A stretch of 64,000 bases of DNA from Felis catus (Eukaryota), in assembly GCF_018350175.1 (NCBI RefSeq), contig NC_058382.1:17422001-17486000 (forward strand), written 5' to 3'. Below the pieces are notes generated by a model. The model did not search any database. It was given only the letters and a program-made list of their open reading frames with translations, and was not told the DNA's origin. A program made the translations under genes and the position numbers. This document shows positions 59,201 to 64,000 of this stretch, piece by piece; position 1 is the first letter of the stretch; each line of letters starts with the position of its first letter.

Positions 59201-62200
59201 AGAGATTTCTTGTGTGTGTCCAGGCAGAACGGGGTTGATGAGAGGATTTGGATCCCAAACAGAGACGAAAGGGACTGCAGCAGCCAGAGTTCCTGGCTGT
59301 GTGCCCTGGGGTTCTGCTCTTTGGGTGCCACAGCTCTTCTGAGTCAGCCCCTCTGCCCTCTTGCACTATCTGTGCCCCCCCGCCCCCCCCTTGCCCTGTC
59401 TGTCTGCCTTTTGGCTGAGAAGTCTTGCTCCCACCCCCATCTCTGTCCATCCTACCCAACTCCTTTTTTATGTGTCCTTCCTAGTTTCTTTTTCTTTTTT
59501 TCTTAATTTTGAAATAATGTTTATTTCTTTATTTTGAGAGACAGCACTTATACGTGAGTGGTGGAGGGGCAGAGAGAGAGGGAGAAAGAGAATCCCAAGC
59601 AGGCTTCACATTAGCAGCACAGAGCCCAACACAGGGCTCGATCCAATGAACACTGAGAGTATGACCTGAGCCCAAATCAAGAGTCAGGCACTTAACTGAC
59701 TGAGCCACCCAGGCGCCCCTGCCTTCCCAGTTTCTTTATGCATATACAAGCAAATCTGAATATATGTTCTAATTTCACCCTTTATTACTGTATTAATTTC
59801 CTGTGGAAACTGAAACAAACTTGATGGCTTAATACGGCAGAAATTATTCTCTCACAATTCTGGAGACCAGAAGTGCAAGTCGGTTTTGCTGGGCCAGAAT
59901 CAAGGCCTTGGCAGGGTTGCACTCCCTGTGAGGCTGTAAGAGAATCCATTTCTTGCCTCTTCCAGTTAGTTTCTGGTGACCACGTCATTCCAATCTCTGC
60001 CTTTGTGCACACATCGCCCTCTCCGCTTTCATCTGAGGTAACATCTTCTCAGCCTCCCTCTTACAAGGATACCTGTAATTGCATTTAGGGCCCAAATGAA
60101 AGATCCAGGATGACTTCCCATCTCAGGACCATTAACTTAATCACACCTTTTGTCATGCAACGTAGTATTCACAGGTTCCAGGGATTAGAACATGGATATC
60201 TTTTGGAGGCCATTACTGAGCCTGCCACAATTACTAAAAGCTGATCTGCTCTGTTTGGAACTTTGCTTTTTTCAGATAACGTGTATGCCTGACAATAGCA
60301 TGTCAGTTCATAGAGTGCCTCCACGTTCTGTTTTAGGGTTCCATAGTGTTCCTTTTGTGCGCGAGTTTGTTACCTTGTCTCCTAGGGATGGTGTTGTCCC
60401 GCACTAACACCCTTACTCTGCCCTTTTAACAAAGAGCAGGTCTCAAAGCCCTCAGCAGATGAAGGTATCTGGCTGTTTTTTTTTCGTCAACTCCTGTTCN
60501 NNNNNNNNNNNNNNNNNNNNNNNNNNNNNNNNNNNNNNNNNNNNNNNNNNNNNNNNNNNNNNNNNNNNNNNNNNNNNNNNNNNNNNNNNNNNNNNNNNNN
60601 NNNNNNNNNNNNNNNNNNNNNNNNNNNNNNNNNNNNNNNGGAGAGAGAGAATCAAGCAGGCTCCACACTCAGCACAGAACCCAACACAGGGCTCCATTCC
60701 ACAACTCTGGGATCATGACCTGAGAGATCAATCAGTTGAGTCTCCCAGGTGCCCCAATACTGGTTTTTCCATCTTAAATTGTGGTGTAAAGTTTTCTCTT
60801 TGAGGTATCTTTGTTAAACACTTAAAGTTGGTCAGTTTTAAGAAAAATATTAAGTAAATCATGTGGCAGATATAGAAGATACTGTGCAGGTAGAATGTGG
60901 ATGACTGACCGTACTAGTTATCTAATGCTACATAACAAACTATCTCGAAATTTAACGGCTTAAAATAAACCTTTAATGTCTCCCAGTTTCTGACAGCTGC
61001 CCCAGGACAAATGGTCCAGAACTCAATTATGTGGCCGCCCCTGGCTGCAAATGAAACTGGAAAATGAGGTCTCCATTGTGGACAGTCTGGAGTCTCAGCT
61101 AATCCCCACCCACTCCCACAGGGAAAGCTTTTATTTCATTCATTTTTTTAAACGTTAATTTTTAAGTTTTACCTTTAATTGCAAAATACATGTAATATGA
61201 AATCTACCATATCAACCATTTAAAAATTTTTTTAATGTTTATTTTTGAGAGAGAGAGGGAGACACAGAATCTGAAGCAGGCTGTCAGCACAGCCTGATGC
61301 AGGGCTCAAACCCACAAACAGTGAGATCATGACCTGAGCCAAAATTAAGACTCAGACAAATAACTGACTGAGCTACCCAGGCACCGCTGTTTGTTTTTGT
61401 TTTTGTTTTTTTTTAATTTAAAACTTTTTTTTAAAGTTTGTTTATCCTGAGAGAGAGAGGGGCAGAGAGAGGGAGAGAGAGAATCCCAAGGAGGCTCCAC
61501 ACTGTCAGCACAGAGCCTGACTTGGGGCTCTGTCCCACAAACCAGGATATCATGACCTAAGCCAAAATCCAGAGTCAGACACTTAACCAGCTGAGCCACC
61601 CAGGTGCCCCAAGTCTTTTGCCCATTTTCAATGGGGTTATTTTTGTTGTTGTTGAGTTGTTTAAAAACCTTTTAACAGGGGCGCCTGGGTGGCTCAGTCA
61701 GTTAAGCGTCCAACTTCAGCTCAGGCCATGCTCTTATGGTTTGTGAGTTCGAGCCCTGCATCAGGCTCTCTGCTGTCAGTGCAGAGCCCGCTTCTGATCC
61801 TCTGTCCCCTCTCTCTGTGCACCTCCTCCACTTGCACTCTCTCTCTCAAAAATAAATATTAAAAAAACCCCACCTTTATCAGGTGTTTTCAAGCATACAC
61901 CAAAAAGTAGAGTTATATAAATGGATTCGCATATATCTATCACTCAGATTCACCAGTTGTCAACATTTTGCCAATCTTTTTCATCTACCCTCCACCTACT
62001 TACACCTTTAATGCAGTATTTATTTACTTTTAAAGCTTATTTATTTATTTTGAGAGACAGCATGAGTGGGAGAGGGTCAGAGAGAGAGGGAGAGAGAGAG
62101 AATCCCAAGCAGGTTCTGTGTTACCAACGCAGAGCCCGATGTGGGACTCGAACCCATGAAGCTGTGAGAGCGTGACCTGAGCCAAAACCAGGAGTGGGAC

Positions 62201-63974
62201 GCTCAACCGACTAAGCCACCCAGGCACCCCTTTAATGCAGTATTTTATTTATTTATTTATTTTTAATGTTTATTATTTTTGAGAGAGAGAGACAGAGAGC
62301 AAGCAGGGAAGGGGCAGAGAGAGAGGGAGACACAGAATTGGAAGCAGGCTCCAGGCTCTGAGCTGTCAGCACAGAGCCCGATGTGGGGTTCGAACTCACA
62401 GACCGTGAGATCATGACCTGAGCTGTAGTTGGCCGCCCAACTGACTGAGCCACCCAGGCGCCCCTTTAATGCAGTATTTTAAAATAAATTCCAGATATTA
62501 GTTCTTTTGCCCATAAATATTTCAGAATGTTTTTCCAACAGATGACTATTTTAAAAACATAAACCAGGACAATTATCATACCTAGCAAAATTAATTTCTT
62601 ACAACTATCCAGTGCCCAATTCATGCTCAATCTTCCCCAACTGTTTTAAAATGTCATTTTATGGAATGATTTGTTGCAGACAAGGTCTATAACCTGCAAC
62701 TAGATGTTTCTTAAATCTCTTTTAACCTATAACCCCACCCTACCCCCATGAATGTAGAATCTCCCACTTTGTAGATTTGTCCAGTTTCATAAACTACTCT
62801 CTCAGCTTCATGTAGAGGAGCAGATTGTTGGGGGAGGGCAGAGTGGCTGTGGGTAAGGGCGATCAGGAAGGAGGCTGTTGCAAAAGCCCAGGCAGGAGAG
62901 GATGGAGGCTGAATGGAAGGGGCAACAGAGGTAGGAGAGGTGGGCTGATGCTGGGTGTTTAAAAGGTGGAAGAATGGGATGTGGGTTGGTGGTAGGGCCT
63001 GGGTAGGAGGCAGGGACAGCTTCTAGCCTGGGAGACAGAGGTCTGGAGCCCAGGGACCTCCCGATGTGTGTGTCCTCAGGGAGGGGTGTGACCGGACCTG
63101 ATATTGCTGACCCCATAACCCCACTGACCCCGTAACCCCACTGCCCCTGGCAGGTTCCCACTGAAGGATGGCCCCCGGCTGCGGGCCTGGCTGCGGCACA
63201 TGGGCCATGAGGACTGGGTGCCCAGCTGCCACCAGCACCTGTGCAGCGAGCACTTCACACCTTCCTGCTTCCAGTGGCGCTGGGGTGTGCGCTACCTGCG
63301 GCCTGATGCAGTGCCCTCCATTTTCTCCCCAGCGCCGCCTACTGAGGTGAGCAAAGGGAGGTCCCACCACTGGCGTCTGACCCCCAGTCTTCCCCACCTG
63401 GAAATAATCCATGGAGTCTGATCCCCAGCCCTCCTCTCCTGAGGGAGGTCCCTCCTCCAGTCTGACCCTATGCCCTTCTCTCCTGAGGGAAGTCCCTCTT
63501 TGAGGTCTGGCCTTACCTGATGGCAGTACCCCTTGGAGTCTGGCCCTGATGCCCCCCACCCCATGCTTTGTCTTCCAGAAGCACCAGAGTACCCGAAGCA
63601 CCGAGAAGCCAGTCGTGTCTCCCTCCCCACCAGACGTCACGCCCCCGACCCCTGGCCCAGCTCTCTCGGCCCCTGGCCCTGTGCACCTTGTGGTACTAGG
63701 GCCAGCACCCAGAGGCCCCGAGGCCGCGGCCACCGTGTTCCTGGCCCCCCTGATCCTTCCTCCTGCTCCTGCCAGGCCACGGCCTGGAGTTCGGGCCCAG
63801 CACCCTCTGGCCGGGCTGGGCACTATCCTGGGAGCACTGCAACGTCGTGTGCGGAGGCTGCAGCGGCGCCAGGAGCAGCACCAGGTGCAGCTGCGGGCTC
63901 TAGAACAGCTGGCGCAGCAGCTGTGCAAGGAGAGCCTGCCGGCTGGGCGCACCAGGACCTGCTCTGCCTGGTGA
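53210..63974 (+). CDS. THAP8: THAP domain containing 8; join(53210..53292,63154..63346,63579..~63970/63974); 3' end uncertain (apparent frameshift, any last exon outside window)
   Basis: [85 protein letters not shown] is a C2CH THAP domain with the AVPSIF box. It is followed by a Pro-rich linker and a coiled coil ([32 protein letters not shown]). Junctions are GT-AG and in phase. Confidence 0.93.
53780..54575 (+). mobile_element. ERV1-type solo LTR (MER34-like, tentative) interrupting an L2, with a short CanSINE at 54014..54102
   Basis: The 3' part ataaacctgactttctgtgactacaggtgtgtccctgggggcctt resembles recalled MER34-family LTR ends. L2-like text resumes on both sides. Confidence 0.45.
55035..56070 (-). 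mobile_element. 5'-truncated carnivore L1 with TSD (two N gaps inside)
   Basis: The - strand encodes L1 ORF2 C-terminal peptide ([33 protein letters not shown]) and a poly(A) tail; TSD TGTGCTTTTCCTT at 55022 and 56071. Confidence 0.88.
57128..57340 (+). mobile_element. CanSINE
   Basis: Head ggggcgcccaggggctcagtcagttaa; flanking TAAATCCCA repeats. Confidence 0.85.
57690..59110. mobile_element. MLT1-type MaLR LTR fragments, with a CanSINE at 57946..58094 running into an N gap
   Basis: tatgctgcagtaacaaat..aaaatctcaatggctta..aaaggtttatttctcactcac and cattggccagaacctagttacatggcc motifs; family from recall. Confidence 0.55.
59490..59719 (-). mobile_element. CanSINE
   Basis: Full SINE on -; flanking CCTTCC(T/C)AGTTTCTTT repeats. 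Confidence 0.88.
59789..60230 (-). mobile_element. MLT1A/B/C-type MaLR LTR
   Basis: tgtattaatttcctgtgg..cagaaattattctctcacaattctggag..gcatttagggccca..ttcacaggttccagggattagaacatggatatctttt is a classic MLT1 text pattern. Confidence 0.7.
60640..61868. mobile_element. CanSINE cluster (60640..60755 -, 61227..61386 -, 61425..61610 -, 61678..61868 +)
   Basis: Four recognisable CanSINE heads and tails. Confidence 0.85.
62022..62464 (-). mobile_element. Two tandem CanSINEs (62022..62230, 62246..62464) sharing a triplicated TSD
   Basis: TTTAATGCAGTATTT at 62007, 62231 and 62465. Confidence 0.92.
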
Positions 63975-64000
63975 TGTGGCCACCTGGCCCCCGTGGCATA

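Noticed and set aside
63023-63952. 309-aa minus-strand ORF
   Set aside because: Antisense to GC-rich THAP8 exons 2-3; Gly/Arg-rich shadow translation.
53210-63974. THAP domain read as a P-element-like transposase
   Set aside because: No catalytic transposase domain or terminal inverted repeats; it is the host gene THAP8 in its syntenic position.

Overview
This is mammalian DNA from a carnivoran, most likely a felid: it carries abundant tRNA-derived CanSINEs, including young SINEC_Fc-like copies. Gene order matches the human 19q13.12 block in reverse. In order: the 5' coding part of TBCB (-, cut by the window start), complete POLR2I (+, 6 exons, 125 aa), complete OVOL3 (-, 4 coding exons, 196 aa), complete WDR62 (-, 32 exons, 4605-nt CDS, 1534 aa) and THAP8 exons 1-3 (+, near the window end). 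There are two head-to-head CpG-island promoters (TBCB/POLR2I and WDR62/THAP8) and one tail-to-tail junction (POLR2I/OVOL3). Introns are filled with CanSINE, L1, L2/MIR and LTR fragments, and eight short N gaps lie in or next to repeats. Exons were reconstructed by hand from splice sites and recalled orthologue sequences; repeat family names are from recall, not a database search. I found no convincing new biological system. The best leads are an apparent 1-nt frameshift in THAP8 exon 3, a GC-AG intron in WDR62 with a competing GT donor, near-overlapping POLR2I/OVOL3 3' ends, OVOL3 splicing and C-terminal oddities, a possible cryptic exon downstream of WDR62, and repeated or nested retroposon insertions.
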